Shown here: in pieces, positions 37,090-47,471 of the stretch
Layout of the letters: each line of letters opens with the position of its first letter
Numbering within the stretch: position 1 is the stretch's first letter
NCBI GenBank assembly: GCA_043809245.1
Contig: JAZDDZ010000047.1
Location: forward strand, 32,001 to 96,000
Source of the DNA: Candidatus Iainarchaeum sp.
GTDB lineage: Archaea; Iainarchaeota; Iainarchaeia; Iainarchaeales; JAZDDZ01
Direction: 5' to 3'
DNA: 64,000 bases
Translations under genes and position numbers: made by a program
Notes under the pieces: generated by a model
Databases searched by the model: none
The model's input: the letters and a program-made list of their open reading frames with translations, nothing else
Told to the model about the DNA's origin: nothing

Positions 37090-38283
37090 ATGCAGTTTAA
37101 GCCTTTTTTAAACCCGAATTTGCGGAAGATTCTGAATGCCCCTTACCCGTTTGAGGCGGTTGAAGCGAAAAAACTTGAAGCGCAAAAAAAATGGGGAGAA
37201 AGGCTGATTGATTTTGGCGTAGGGGACCCCACTGATGCAACTCCAAAAGTTGTCAGGGAGGCATGCAAAAATGCTGTTGATGCAAGGAAAAGCAGCGGTT
37301 ACCCTAATTCAATTGGCGAACAGGAATTCAGGGAGAAAGCAGCGGAATGGCTGAAAAAAAGGTTCAGGGTTAAAGTTTCAGGTTCAGAGATTGTAAGCAA
37401 TTTTGGCGCCAAGCAATGCATTTTTCTGATGCCACAGCACTTCATTGAACCCAATAAAGGGCACATAGTGCTTATTCCAAACCCGGGCTATCCGCCTTAC
37501 ACTGACGGAACGGTTATAGCCGGGGGAAAAACGCATTACCTCAACATTTTAGAGGAAAACGATTTCGAGCCCGATATTGAAAGCCTGCCGAAAGATGCTG
37601 TGAAAAAAGCTAAAATTTTGTATGTGAACAGCCCGCATAACCCAACCGGAAAGGTTTACGGAAAAGAAAAGCTGAAAGAGCTTGTTGACTTTGCGATTGA
37701 CAACGGAGTAGTGCTTGTTTCCGATGAATGCTATTGCGAGAACTATTACAAAGAGCCACCTCACAGCATTCTGGAAGTGCGGAACGCGGAGCAGTGCAGC
37801 ATTGCAGTGCACTCGTTAAGCAAAAGGGCTTTGATGACTGGCTACCGCGTGGGCTTTGCCGCAATAAAAAACCCCGAAATAATGCGCGCTTACAAATTGT
37901 TTGAGCAGAAAAGCCATTCAGGCGTTGCAACATTCATTCAGGACGCTGCGATTGCCGCGCTTGACGCGGATGAAGTTGTTGGGGAAATGAATAAAGTTTA
38001 CGTTCAGAGAATGGACGCATTGGTTCCCGCGCTCCAAGGCATTGGAATGGAAGTGAAAAAACCGGAAGCAACATTTTATTTGTGGGCAAAATTGCCAGGG
38101 AAAAGGAAGCCCGAGGAATTCTGCGTTGAGTTGCTGCAAAAAAAAGGAATCAATGCGACTCCAGGCAACCTCATTAGTGAAACATTTAACGGAGTAAACC
38201 CTGGGGCTGACCGCGCGAGGTTTGCATTGGTTGCATCGCTGGAGCAGACAAAAGAGGCAGCGGAACGCCTTACGGGAAAGTGA
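37090..38283 (+). CDS. dapL: PLP aminotransferase class I/II, probably LL-diaminopimelate aminotransferase
   Basis: IDFGVGDP, PNPGYPPY, NSPHNPTG, SDECY, SLSK...MTGYRVG; operon with dapF-lysA. Confidence 0.75.
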   Translation: MQFKPFLNPNLRKILNAPYPFEAVEAKKLEAQKKWGERLIDFGVGDPTDATPKVVREACKNAVDARKSSGYPNSIGEQEFREKAAEWLKKRFRVKVSGSEIVSNFGAKQCIFLMPQHFIEPNKGHIVLIPNPGYPPYTDGTVIAGGKTHYLNILEENDFEPDIESLPKDAVKKAKILYVNSPHNPTGKVYGKEKLKELVDFAIDNGVVLVSDECYCENYYKEPPHSILEVRNAEQCSIAVHSLSKRALMTGYRVGFAAIKNPEIMRAYKLFEQKSHSGVATFIQDAAIAALDADEVVGEMNKVYVQRMDALVPALQGIGMEVKKPEATFYLWAKLPGKRKPEEFCVELLQKKGINATPGNLISETFNGVNPGADRARFALVASLEQTKEAAERLTGK

Positions 38284-38290
38284 GAAAATT

Positions 38291-39112
38291 ATGCGGATAG
38301 CTTTTTCCAAAATCCACGGAATAGGAAATGACTTCATTGTCATAGACGAGCAGGCAAAGGAACTCGTGCCGGAGAAAAACAAGGCTGCTTTCGCGAAAAA
38401 ATTCTGCAACCGCCGCTTCTCAATCGGCGCTGATGGAGTGCTGTTCATGGTTTCGTCAAAAAAAGCGGATTTCAGGATGCGCCTGTTTAACGCGGATGGC
38501 TCCGAGGCCGAGAACTGCGTTAACGGATTGAGGTGCGTTGCATTGGAAAAATTTTTGTTGGAAGGGAAAAAGAAAAAGGATTTTTTGATTGAAACAATTG
38601 CGGGATTGGTTAATGCAAAAGTTGTTTCATTTCAAGGCAGGGAAAACAAGGCGGAAGTGGAAATACAGGTTTTAGGCAAAGCAGAGGCAGGGGCAAAGGC
38701 AGTTATTTCAGTTGAAGGAAAGTCGTTTGAGTTCTGGCCAGTTGATGTTGGCAATCCGCATGCAGTGATTTTTTTAAAGGAAAAAGTGGAGGGCTTTCCA
38801 GTTGAAAGATTCGGCCATGCAATGGAGTTCAGTGAAAAATTCGCGCCGAAGAGAGTGAACGCGGAATTCGTTAATGTTCTGTCCCCCTCTAACGTGAAAA
38901 TGCGTGTGCACGAGCGCGGAGCATGCGAAACACAGGCCTGCGGTTCAGGAAGCATTGCAATTGTTCTTGCGGGCATAAGCGAAGGTGTTTTGGAGAAAGG
39001 GAAATGGGTGTCAGTGGAGCAGCCTGGCGGAACCTTGCAGATAAAAGTTGATAAAGGCGTGCTGCTAAAGGGTTCCGCGGAAAAGGTTTTTGAAGGTTCA
39101 TTGGAGGCATGA
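38291..39112 (+). CDS. dapF: Diaminopimelate epimerase
   Basis: K.HG.GNDF, IGADG, NADGSEAE.C.NG.RC, GNPH, ERGA.ET.ACGSG. Confidence 0.95.
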   Translation: MRIAFSKIHGIGNDFIVIDEQAKELVPEKNKAAFAKKFCNRRFSIGADGVLFMVSSKKADFRMRLFNADGSEAENCVNGLRCVALEKFLLEGKKKKDFLIETIAGLVNAKVVSFQGRENKAEVEIQVLGKAEAGAKAVISVEGKSFEFWPVDVGNPHAVIFLKEKVEGFPVERFGHAMEFSEKFAPKRVNAEFVNVLSPSNVKMRVHERGACETQACGSGSIAIVLAGISEGVLEKGKWVSVEQPGGTLQIKVDKGVLLKGSAEKVFEGSLEA

Positions 39113-39113
39113 G

Positions 39114-40400
39114 ATGCAGTGGTGGGAGAAAAAAGGGAATTTAGAGGTTAAAGGCAACAGGCTTTTTCTCTGCGGAATTGCATGTGCGGAGCTTGCGCGC
39201 GCTTATGGAACACCGCTTTACGCAATCAATGCGGACAGGGTGATTGAAAACTTCCAAAGCGCCAAAAAGGCGTTCAGTGCCTGCGCTAACAGGGATGTTA
39301 GGGTTCATTTCGCTTTAAAGGCAAACAGCAACCTCTTTCTCTTAAAGCTTTTGCAGAAAGAAGGCGCATGGGTTGACGCTGTTTCGCCGAATGAAGTGAG
39401 AATGGCTTTGCTTGCAGGTTTCCCCAAAGAAAAAATTTTGTTCACTGGCACAAGCGTTTCAAACAATGACCTGAAAGAATTGGCTGAATTGGGTGTTACG
39501 GTCAACGTTGATTCTTTTTCCCAGTTAAGGCGCTTTGCAGCTTTAAGGCCGGAAAACAAGAACATTTCAATCCGCTGGAACCCTGGAGTTGGCGCGGGGC
39601 ATCACGGGCATGTCATTACTGCTGGAAAGTTCATTAAGTTCGGCGTCCCGGAGAAAAAAATTTTGAATGCGTTCAGCGAGGCAAAAAAACTTGGCCTTAA
39701 CGTAATCGGATTGCACCAGCACATTGGTTCCGGCTGGCTGGGAAAAGATGTGAATGCTTTCCTTGCAACTGTTGGCAAAACGCTTCTCATTGCAAGGAAA
39801 GCGGAAAAAATTCTTGGCAAGCCCCTTGAGTTTGTTGATTTCGGCGGAGGCCCGGGAATAAGGTATAAAAAAGAGCAGAAAGATTTTCCGCTTAATGCTT
39901 ATGCGAAAGGAATCTGCAATAAAATGAAGAAATCAAAACTCGGAGCCGCGATTGCAATTGAACCTGGAAGATTCATTGTAGGCGATTCAACTGTGCTTTT
40001 AACGGAAGTGAATACAGTTGAGGAAAAAAACGTTCCAATTCTCGGAGTTGACTCTGGCTTTAATTCCCTGATACGCCCCTCTTTTTACGGCGCCTATCAC
40101 GAAATAGTGAACTGCAATAACGTGCATTCAAGGAAAACGAAAAAAGTCCTTGTTGCAGGCAACTTATGCGAGTCCGGGGATGCATTCAACCAGCCAAAGG
40201 AAAAACTGCGCGCCTTGCCTGAAACAAAGGAAGGCGATGTCCTTGCAATCCTTTGCGCTGGAGCCTATGGTTACTCAATGGCTTCAACTTACAATCTGCG
40301 CGGAAGGCCTGCTGAAGCCATTGTGCAGAAAGGAAGGCATTTCCTTGCGACTGAAAGGGAAAAATTCTATGATTTGATTGCATTGCATAAAAAGCAGTGA
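39114..40400 (+). CDS. lysA: Diaminopimelate decarboxylase
   Basis: YGTPLY, ALKANSN, KFG, H.HIGS, EPGRFIV, G.LCESGD, GAYGYSMAS.YN.R.RP. Confidence 0.95.
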   Translation: MQWWEKKGNLEVKGNRLFLCGIACAELARAYGTPLYAINADRVIENFQSAKKAFSACANRDVRVHFALKANSNLFLLKLLQKEGAWVDAVSPNEVRMALLAGFPKEKILFTGTSVSNNDLKELAELGVTVNVDSFSQLRRFAALRPENKNISIRWNPGVGAGHHGHVITAGKFIKFGVPEKKILNAFSEAKKLGLNVIGLHQHIGSGWLGKDVNAFLATVGKTLLIARKAEKILGKPLEFVDFGGGPGIRYKKEQKDFPLNAYAKGICNKMKKSKLGAAIAIEPGRFIVGDSTVLLTEVNTVEEKNVPILGVDSGFNSLIRPSFYGAYHEIVNCNNVHSRKTKKVLVAGNLCESGDAFNQPKEKLRALPETKEGDVLAILCAGAYGYSMASTYNLRGRPAEAIVQKGRHFLATEREKFYDLIALHKKQ

Positions 40401-40406
40401 ACAAGT

Positions 40407-41498
40407 TTATTTTTTCTTCGCTTTTTTTTTCGCGTTTTTTTCCGCGAGCACTGCATTCAGTTTCCTAATGCTTTCGTCTTTTTCCTCTGCAATGGAGCGG
40501 AAGTGATGCAATAAGTCGTGCTTGTCGCGCAGTTCCTTTTGGAGCCTTGAAGTTGTTTTGCCCAATTGTTCCCTGACTTGCTTTTTTGCCTTTAATTTGT
40601 CCTGCTCCAGATTCAGAAGCTGCTTTGAATAGGAATTGCGGAGCTGCAGTGTTTCGTGCTCTATGTCTAAAACGATTTTTTTCGCGTAATCCCTTTCCTT
40701 TTTCAGCGAGGTAATCAGAATGGAGGATTTTTCCAGCTGCCTCATCAGCAATTCGTCAATTATTTTTTGCCTGCGCTTTAATTCAAATTGCGTTGACAGA
40801 AGGTAGTTCAATTGCTTTTCGTGAGCGCTCATTTCCTTTTCAAACAAAACATTCTGCCCTTCAAGTTTTCTTGACAATTCATTCAATTCGTGCTCCAAAT
40901 CGTTTGAGGTGTTTTCCTCAATTCTTCCTAGGAAAATGTTGCTGCGCGCTTTCTCAAATTTTCCGCGCATTTCCTGCAGCTCCTCTTCTTTTGATTCAAG
41001 CAGCTGCAAAACGTTTCTGTGAACGCCTTTCTCCGCGATTGGCGCAGAGTACACTTTTTTTTCAAAGACGCTTATCCTTTCCCCGAGGTAACGCATTTTC
41101 AGCAGCAGCGACAAAAGCTTTTGTTCAATTGAAGAGTAAAGCTCTCCAGCGTGGACTTTTGCTGCAATGTCCGGCATGGCGCTTTCGCCTTCGCGCATTC
41201 TTTCCTTTTCCTGCCTTGACTGCTCCAGGTTCGCGTTCCTTTTCAGCACAGCCAAAAGCGAGTGAAGCTCTGTCAGATAAGATTCAACGTCAGGGGAATT
41301 TGATTCAGGGCTCCTGTCCAATTCAATGCGCATTGACTCCAAAATTGACTCTATTCCCTGCAATTCGTGGATTGATGAGTTAAGGCTGTGAACGAAGGAT
41401 GCGCGGTTAAAAGAAGACCATTTTTTGGAGCTGACCGAGTTATGCAGCTCATTTAACGATTCAAGCAGCTTGTCGTTTAAGGCGCCGATTTCAGCCAT
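40407..41498 (-). CDS. Long coiled-coil protein
   Basis: E/K/L-rich heptad pattern. Confidence 0.65.
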   Translation of the reverse strand: MAEIGALNDKLLESLNELHNSVSSKKWSSFNRASFVHSLNSSIHELQGIESILESMRIELDRSPESNSPDVESYLTELHSLLAVLKRNANLEQSRQEKERMREGESAMPDIAAKVHAGELYSSIEQKLLSLLLKMRYLGERISVFEKKVYSAPIAEKGVHRNVLQLLESKEEELQEMRGKFEKARSNIFLGRIEENTSNDLEHELNELSRKLEGQNVLFEKEMSAHEKQLNYLLSTQFELKRRQKIIDELLMRQLEKSSILITSLKKERDYAKKIVLDIEHETLQLRNSYSKQLLNLEQDKLKAKKQVREQLGKTTSRLQKELRDKHDLLHHFRSIAEEKDESIRKLNAVLAEKNAKKKAKKK

Positions 41499-41556
41499 TG
41501 CAACCAATAACTATTACGCAACTCAAGTTTATATTTTTTGCCTTCGTATTCTATTC

Positions 41557-42561
41557 ATGCCTGACTTGTTTTCTTTTGGGGGAGGCGTCTGCATCCAGGG
41601 CGCAAAGGGCGCAAAGCTGTTCATTGATGCCTCAAAGTCAAAAAACTCAAATGTTTTGATTTCGCACGCGCACTCAGACCACGCGAAAACCAATTGTTCC
41701 AGTGATTTTTTCGCCTCAAAAGAAACCGCGGAACTGGTCAAGAAAAAGGCTTCGGCTGAAGCGCGGATTCACGGCCATTCCTTCAAAAAAAAATTTTCTT
41801 TGGATGGCTTTGACGTTTCACTGCATTCCTCGGGGCACATTCTGGGTTCAAGCCAGTCAAAAATTGAAGCGGATGGAAAAACAGTTGTTGCAACCTCTGA
41901 TTTCAAATTGCAGAAAAGCCTTTTGTTTGAGCCAGCTGAAATTTTGGCGGGAGATGTTTTGCTGATTGAAAGCACTTTTGGAATGCCGCAGTTTGTTTTT
42001 CCCGAAAGGGAAAGGGTTTACGGGGAAATGGAGAAATGGCTTGAATCAAATTTGAAGCAAAACCGCTTTGTTGTCATGGCGGGTTATGCAACGGGAAAAG
42101 CGCAGGAGTTGACACGCATAGTGAACGAGTTCTCGCATGAAACTCCCATAGTTCATGAAAGCATTTTTGAAAACAATAAAATTTACGAGGCAAACGGCGT
42201 GAAGTTAGGCAAATATTTGAAGCTAAACCATAATTTGAAGGAAAGCTCGGTTTTGATTATGCCGCCTTCGCTTGTTGACGCGAATTTGCTTGAAGCGTTA
42301 AGCTATTCGCTTGGAAAAAAAGTCGTTTCCGCTCTTGCAACCGGCTGGCATTACGGCAACGGCTATTCAAAAATTTTTCCGCTCTCGGACCACGCGGATT
42401 TCTCGCAGTTGACGCGTTACGTGAAGGAAGCCGAGCCAAAGCTTGTTTTGACGCACCACGGCTATGCAAAGGAATTCGCCAGCTCCGTGCAAAGAAAACT
42501 CAAGATTCCTGCCAGGGCGCTTAACGCGAAAGGCCAGAAAGTGCTGGGAGAATTTGCCTAG
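41557..42561 (+). CDS. MBL/beta-CASP nuclease (short exonuclease type)
   Basis: SHAHSDH, SGHILGS, ESTFG, GKAQE, LSDHADF. Confidence 0.88.
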   Translation: MPDLFSFGGGVCIQGAKGAKLFIDASKSKNSNVLISHAHSDHAKTNCSSDFFASKETAELVKKKASAEARIHGHSFKKKFSLDGFDVSLHSSGHILGSSQSKIEADGKTVVATSDFKLQKSLLFEPAEILAGDVLLIESTFGMPQFVFPERERVYGEMEKWLESNLKQNRFVVMAGYATGKAQELTRIVNEFSHETPIVHESIFENNKIYEANGVKLGKYLKLNHNLKESSVLIMPPSLVDANLLEALSYSLGKKVVSALATGWHYGNGYSKIFPLSDHADFSQLTRYVKEAEPKLVLTHHGYAKEFASSVQRKLKIPARALNAKGQKVLGEFA

Positions 42562-42633
42562 AAACTTTGCCGTTTATTGCATGTAATGGCTGTTTTTTTA
42601 AAGCTTTACCAGTTAATTCTATTCGGATAACCC

Positions 42634-44397
42634 ATGTATCGCTCAAATTCATGCGGGGAATTGACTGAAAAGGCGGTCGGCAAAAAAGTCCAGCTTGCGG
42701 GCTGGGTTTCAAGCAGGCGCGACCATGGAAACCTGATTTTCATTGATTTAAGGGACAGGGAAGGGGTAACGCAAGTGGTATTCAACCCTGAAAAGGAAAA
42801 AAAAGCCCATGAAACCGCGAAAGCATTAAGGGACGAGTTTGTTGTCAAGGTTGAAGGCATTGTGGGGAAAAGGCCTAAGGGAACAGAGAACGAGAAAATC
42901 CACACTGGAAAAATTGAGGTTAACGCGAGCGTGCTTGAAATCCTTTCAAAGGCAGAGGCACTGCCATTTGAGTTAGGTGGGAGGATAGGCGTTTCAGAGG
43001 ATGTCAGGCTCAAATACCGCTACCTTGATTTAAGGCGCGGGGAAATGCAGGCAAACATCATTGCAAGGCATAAGGCAGCAAAGGCAATGCGCGATTATTT
43101 TAACGAAAAAGGCTTTTTGGAGATTGAGACGCCGATTCTCGCTAAAAGCACTCCGGAAGGGGCAAGGGATTACCTTGTTCCAAGCAGGGTTCATGAAGGA
43201 AAATTTTTTGCCTTGCCCCAGAGCCCGCAGTTGTTCAAGCAATTGCTCATGGTTTCAGGCTTTGACAAGTACTACCAGCTTGCAAAATGTTTCAGGGACG
43301 AGGATTTGAGGGCGGACAGGCAGCCGGAGTTCACGCAAATAGACGTGGAAATGTCTTTTGTGAACGAGGATGACGTTTTGGCGGTTGCAGAGGGAATGCT
43401 GAAGCGCATCTGGAAAGACGTTTTAGGCGTTGAGGTGAAAACGCCTTTCCCGCGCATAACGCACGAGGAAGCAATGGCGCGCTTTGGCTCTGACAAGCCT
43501 GACACGCGCTTTGGAATGGAATTGATTGACTTGACTGATTTGGTTAAGGGATGCGGCTTTGAGGTTTTCAGCAAAGCTGTGAAGGAAGGCGGGGAAGTCA
43601 AGGCAATTGTCGCGGAAAAATGCGCTGAATATTCAAGAAAGCAAATTGAAGAGTTAACTGAGTTTGTTAAGATTTTCCGCGCAAAGGGACTTGTGCCAAT
43701 AAAAGTTTCCGCTTCCGGAATTGAATCCCCGGTTGAAAAATTTTTGGGAAAAGAGCTTTTGGAAAAAATCGCGAAAAAATGCCTAGCGAAAAAAGGCGAC
43801 CTTGTGCTGGTTGTCGCCGGCCAGAGAAAAATCGTGGCGGATTCATTGGGGAATTTGCGTGTAAAGCTTGGAAAAGAATTGAAATTGATTGACGAAAAAA
43901 AGTTTAATTTTTTGTGGGTAACGGATTTTCCCTTGCTTGAATGGAGTGAAGAGGACGGGAAGTGGAATGCAATGCATCATCCATTCACATCCCCTAGGGA
44001 AGCTGATTTGCCTTTGCTTGAAAAATCGCCTGAAAAGGCAAAGGCCCGCGCCTATGACATCACTTTGAACGGCGTGGAGCTCGGAGGCGGAAGCATTAGG
44101 ATTCACCGCGCGGATATACAGTCAAGGGTTTTCTCTGTTCTCGGAATCTCCAAGGATGAAGCGCAAACAAGGTTCGGCTTTCTCTTGGAGGCATTCAAGT
44201 TCGGCCCCCCTCCGCATGGGGGCATTGCCTTTGGCTTTGACAGGATTGTCGCAATTCTCACTAAAAACGAGTCCATACGCGAAGTCATTGCTTTTCCAAA
44301 AAACAAGTCCTGTGTTTCACTGATGGACGGCGCGCCCTCTGATGTTGATTCAAAACAGTTAAAGGAATTGAAGCTAAAGATTGATTCAGGGAAATAA
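42634..44397 (+). CDS. aspS: Aspartate--tRNA(Asp/Asn) ligase, bacterial-type with GAD insertion
   Basis: RRDHG.LIFIDLRD, STPEGARDYLVPSR, FRDED.RADRQPEFTQ.D.E, PPHGG.A.G.DR; 587 aa. Confidence 0.95.
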   Translation: MYRSNSCGELTEKAVGKKVQLAGWVSSRRDHGNLIFIDLRDREGVTQVVFNPEKEKKAHETAKALRDEFVVKVEGIVGKRPKGTENEKIHTGKIEVNASVLEILSKAEALPFELGGRIGVSEDVRLKYRYLDLRRGEMQANIIARHKAAKAMRDYFNEKGFLEIETPILAKSTPEGARDYLVPSRVHEGKFFALPQSPQLFKQLLMVSGFDKYYQLAKCFRDEDLRADRQPEFTQIDVEMSFVNEDDVLAVAEGMLKRIWKDVLGVEVKTPFPRITHEEAMARFGSDKPDTRFGMELIDLTDLVKGCGFEVFSKAVKEGGEVKAIVAEKCAEYSRKQIEELTEFVKIFRAKGLVPIKVSASGIESPVEKFLGKELLEKIAKKCLAKKGDLVLVVAGQRKIVADSLGNLRVKLGKELKLIDEKKFNFLWVTDFPLLEWSEEDGKWNAMHHPFTSPREADLPLLEKSPEKAKARAYDITLNGVELGGGSIRIHRADIQSRVFSVLGISKDEAQTRFGFLLEAFKFGPPPHGGIAFGFDRIVAILTKNESIREVIAFPKNKSCVSLMDGAPSDVDSKQLKELKLKIDSGK

Positions 44398-44480
44398 ACG
44401 TGGTGAACGGATGAGGCATTTAAAAGCAAAATTGAGTAAAAGTTATTCATTTGTTCAACACGTTTAGAAAAGGCGAATGC

Positions 44481-44774
44481 ATGGCTAAGCCTAAAATTGA
44501 CCGGGAACTGCTTGAAGCCGTTGCAAGGAACGCAAGGCTAAAGCTGAGTGAAAAAGAGATAGCGGTTTTTCTGCCGCAATTGCAGGAAGTACTGCATGCC
44601 TTTTCAAAGCTTGATGAGCTTGACGTGAAAAAAGAAAAGCCTTCCTTTCAGCCGATTCCAATGAAAAACGTTTTAAGGAAAGACACTGTGAGCAAATGCT
44701 TTTCACAGGAAGAAGCTCTTTCGCTCACAAAGCTGAAAAAAGACGGTTACTTCAAGGGGCCGAAGGTGCTGTAA
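44481..44774 (+). CDS. gatC: Asp/Glu-tRNA amidotransferase subunit C
   Basis: VA..ARL.L.E.E, N.LR.D, GYFK.PKV. Confidence 0.9.
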   Translation: MAKPKIDRELLEAVARNARLKLSEKEIAVFLPQLQEVLHAFSKLDELDVKKEKPSFQPIPMKNVLRKDTVSKCFSQEEALSLTKLKKDGYFKGPKVL

Positions 44775-45244
44775 TGGTAAAAGTGCATGCAAAGATAAGG
44801 CGGGCTTCGGCAAAGGATTTTCCCGCAATGCTTGAAATAAACCGGAACGACGGCTTTGATTACGTTGCCAAAATGAATATTGAGTGGCTTAAAAAAGCGC
44901 AAAGGGGAAAGGACGCCTTTTTCATTGCCGAGCACAAGGGAAAGGCACTTGGTTTCTGTTCAGTGCAGCCAAATTACACTTATGGCTCAAGGCTCCGCTT
45001 TCTCTCCGTGCTGAAAAAATTCCAGCACAAGGGAATCGGCGCGGCGTTAATGGAAAAAGCCGAAGAGCACGCAAGGGGAAACGGCAAAAAAAAGCTTTTC
45101 CTTTACGTTAACCAGAAGAATTTTGACGCGATAAGGTTTTACTCAAAGCACAAATTTTATGTCACGGGAATTTTCCTTGAAAAATACGGAAAAGGCGGCA
45201 ATGCCTTGCTGATGGCAAAAGACCTCGGAGAGGGAGAAAAATGA
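44774..45244 (+). CDS. GNAT acetyltransferase (RimI-like)
   Basis: V....Q.KGIG..LM, L.V...N..AI.FY.K. Confidence 0.85.
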   Translation: MVKVHAKIRRASAKDFPAMLEINRNDGFDYVAKMNIEWLKKAQRGKDAFFIAEHKGKALGFCSVQPNYTYGSRLRFLSVLKKFQHKGIGAALMEKAEEHARGNGKKKLFLYVNQKNFDAIRFYSKHKFYVTGIFLEKYGKGGNALLMAKDLGEGEK

Positions 45245-46692
45245 AATTGCTTTCGGTTCAGGAATTCGCAAGGCAAGCGCGGGACGGAAGCCTTTCAGTG
45301 GAAGACCACATGGAAAAATTCCTTAAAGAGGCAAAAAAAAACAACGCGGAATTCAACCACTTCAACCTGCTGGCGGAAAAAAACGCGTTAGAGCAGGCAA
45401 AAGAGCTGGACAGGCAAATAAAAAAAGAAAAAGGAAAAATTAAAGGAAAGCTCCTCGGAGTTCCATTGTCAGTCAAAGATGCAATCTGCGTTAAAGGCAT
45501 GGAGAGCACTGGCGGAAGCAAAATACTTTCAGGTTATAAGCCATTGTTTGATGCGACAGTTGTTGCACGCGCAAAAGCCGAAGGCGCAATAATTGTGGGA
45601 AAAACCGCGCAGGACGAATTTGGCTTCGGCTCATTCAGCGTGAATGTGGGCATTGGCTTTAAGGTTCCAAAAAACCCTTTTGACAAAAACAGGTGCACTG
45701 GCGGAAGCAGCGGAGGCAGCGGCGGGATAACCGCGCAAACCTCTTTAACGCACATTTCCTTCGGTGAAAGCACTGGGGGAAGCATTGCTGCCCCGGCATC
45801 CTTTTGCGGCGTCACGGGCTTCACCCCGACTTACGGAAGGGTTTCCCGCTATGGCTTAATGGATTACGCTTCAAGCTGTGACAAGATAGGCCCGATGGCA
45901 AAAACAGTCGAAGAAAGTGCCTTGCTTTTGGAAGTGATTGCGGGAGCGGATGAAAAGGAAAGCACCACACTCGTGCAAAAAACTGATGATTATGAAAAGG
46001 CTTGCGGTGAAGGCGTGAAGGGAATGAAAATAGGGGTTGTAAAGGAATTAATTGATTGGCAGGGCATTGACAAAAAGGTTTCAGGCGCCTGCTGGAATGC
46101 GATAAAAAAACTTGAAGGAGAAGGGGCAAAAGTGGAGAATGTTTCCCTGCCGTTGAACGCAAAGTACGCGGTTGCCGCATACTATATGATTACAACCGCA
46201 GAGGCAAGCACTAACCTGGCAAAGTACTGTGGAATGCGCTATGGCTTTGAAAAAGAGCTTAAGGGAAACTTTGATGAATATTTTTCTTCGGTGAGAAGCG
46301 ATGCTTTCGGTGAAGAGGCAAAGCGAAGGATAATCATCGGCACGTTTGCGAGAATGAGCGGTTACCGTGACGCCTATTACCTTAACGCAATGAAGGTGCG
46401 CACAAAACTCATCAACGAGTTCAAGCAGGCGTTCAAGAAATTTTCCGTTTTGGCTCATCCGACAATGCCTTTCATTGCGCCAAAGTTCTCGGAAATTGAA
46501 AAACTCACGCCCTTGCAGCATTACCACGCAGACCAGTGCACTGTTCCCGCAAACTTGGCGGGAATACCGCACCTCAGCGTGCCCGCGGGAACTGAAAAGG
46601 ATTTGCCCATTGGATTGCTGTTGAGCGCAGACCATTTAGAGGAAAAGGAATTGTTTAAAGTGGGTTCAGCGTTAGAGGAAGTGGTTAAATGA
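45241..46692 (+). CDS. gatA: Asp/Glu-tRNA amidotransferase subunit A
   Basis: GVP.SVKD, GGSSGGS, TGGSI, PTYGRVSRYGL, FG.E.KRRI..G. Confidence 0.92.
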   Translation: MKLLSVQEFARQARDGSLSVEDHMEKFLKEAKKNNAEFNHFNLLAEKNALEQAKELDRQIKKEKGKIKGKLLGVPLSVKDAICVKGMESTGGSKILSGYKPLFDATVVARAKAEGAIIVGKTAQDEFGFGSFSVNVGIGFKVPKNPFDKNRCTGGSSGGSGGITAQTSLTHISFGESTGGSIAAPASFCGVTGFTPTYGRVSRYGLMDYASSCDKIGPMAKTVEESALLLEVIAGADEKESTTLVQKTDDYEKACGEGVKGMKIGVVKELIDWQGIDKKVSGACWNAIKKLEGEGAKVENVSLPLNAKYAVAAYYMITTAEASTNLAKYCGMRYGFEKELKGNFDEYFSSVRSDAFGEEAKRRIIIGTFARMSGYRDAYYLNAMKVRTKLINEFKQAFKKFSVLAHPTMPFIAPKFSEIEKLTPLQHYHADQCTVPANLAGIPHLSVPAGTEKDLPIGLLLSADHLEEKELFKVGSALEEVVK

Positions 46693-47468
46693 AGCAAAGC
46701 GCTGAAATGAAGGTTGCGTTAAAGGCAGCGCTTGAGGCCGGCAAAATCGCACGCAAAATGTTCGGGAAAAAAATCAAGGTCAAGCCAAAAGGCATCAAGG
46801 GCTTTGTCACCAGCGCGGATTTTGCCTGCGAAAAAAAAATCATCAAAGTAATTTCAAAAAAATTTCCAGGCGACGCCTTTTTCGCAGAGGAAAGCGGGAA
46901 AAGCGCTGACGAAGCTGTTAGGGAATGGCTGATTGACCCCATTGACGGCACAACAAATTTTGTTTACGGTTTCCCTTTCTTTTCGGTTTCCATTGCATTC
47001 GCTGAAAACCGCGAAGTGAAGGCAGGCGTTGTCTTTAACCCTGTATCAAGAAATCTTTTCTCTGCTGAAAAAGGGAAAGGCGCTTTCCTTAACGGCAAAA
47101 AAATCCATGTTTCAGGCAGAAAAAAGCTGGGCGATTCAATCATAATTGCGGGTTATCCTGAGGAGCCAAAGGAACTTGTGGAAAAAAGCATTCAGATAAA
47201 CAACGAGCTTGCATACACTGCGAGAAGGGTCCGTGGCATGGGCTCTGCTGCGCTTGAAATGTGCTTTGTTGCCGCGGGTGTCTTTGACGGTTTCGCGCAG
47301 ATAAGCCTTTCCCCATGGGATTACGCTGCGGCAAAGCTGATTGTCGAAGAAGCTGGCGGAATAGTTACTGACTTCAATGGAAAAAAGATTGACCTCAAGG
47401 AAAGGCACAGTGTTTGCGCTTCAAACCGCTTTATCCGCGAAGAACTGCTGAAAAAAGTGAAGGTGTGA
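46689..47468 (+). CDS. suhB: Inositol monophosphatase family protein
   Basis: EES, WLIDPIDGTTNF, GSAAL, WD.AA. Confidence 0.88.
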   Translation: MKQSAEMKVALKAALEAGKIARKMFGKKIKVKPKGIKGFVTSADFACEKKIIKVISKKFPGDAFFAEESGKSADEAVREWLIDPIDGTTNFVYGFPFFSVSIAFAENREVKAGVVFNPVSRNLFSAEKGKGAFLNGKKIHVSGRKKLGDSIIIAGYPEEPKELVEKSIQINNELAYTARRVRGMGSAALEMCFVAAGVFDGFAQISLSPWDYAAAKLIVEEAGGIVTDFNGKKIDLKERHSVCASNRFIREELLKKVKV

Positions 47469-47471
47469 AAA

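Noticed and set aside
37285-45725. GCAGCGG matches inside dapL and gatA
   Set aside because: Non-palindromic, codon-driven occurrences within coding sequence
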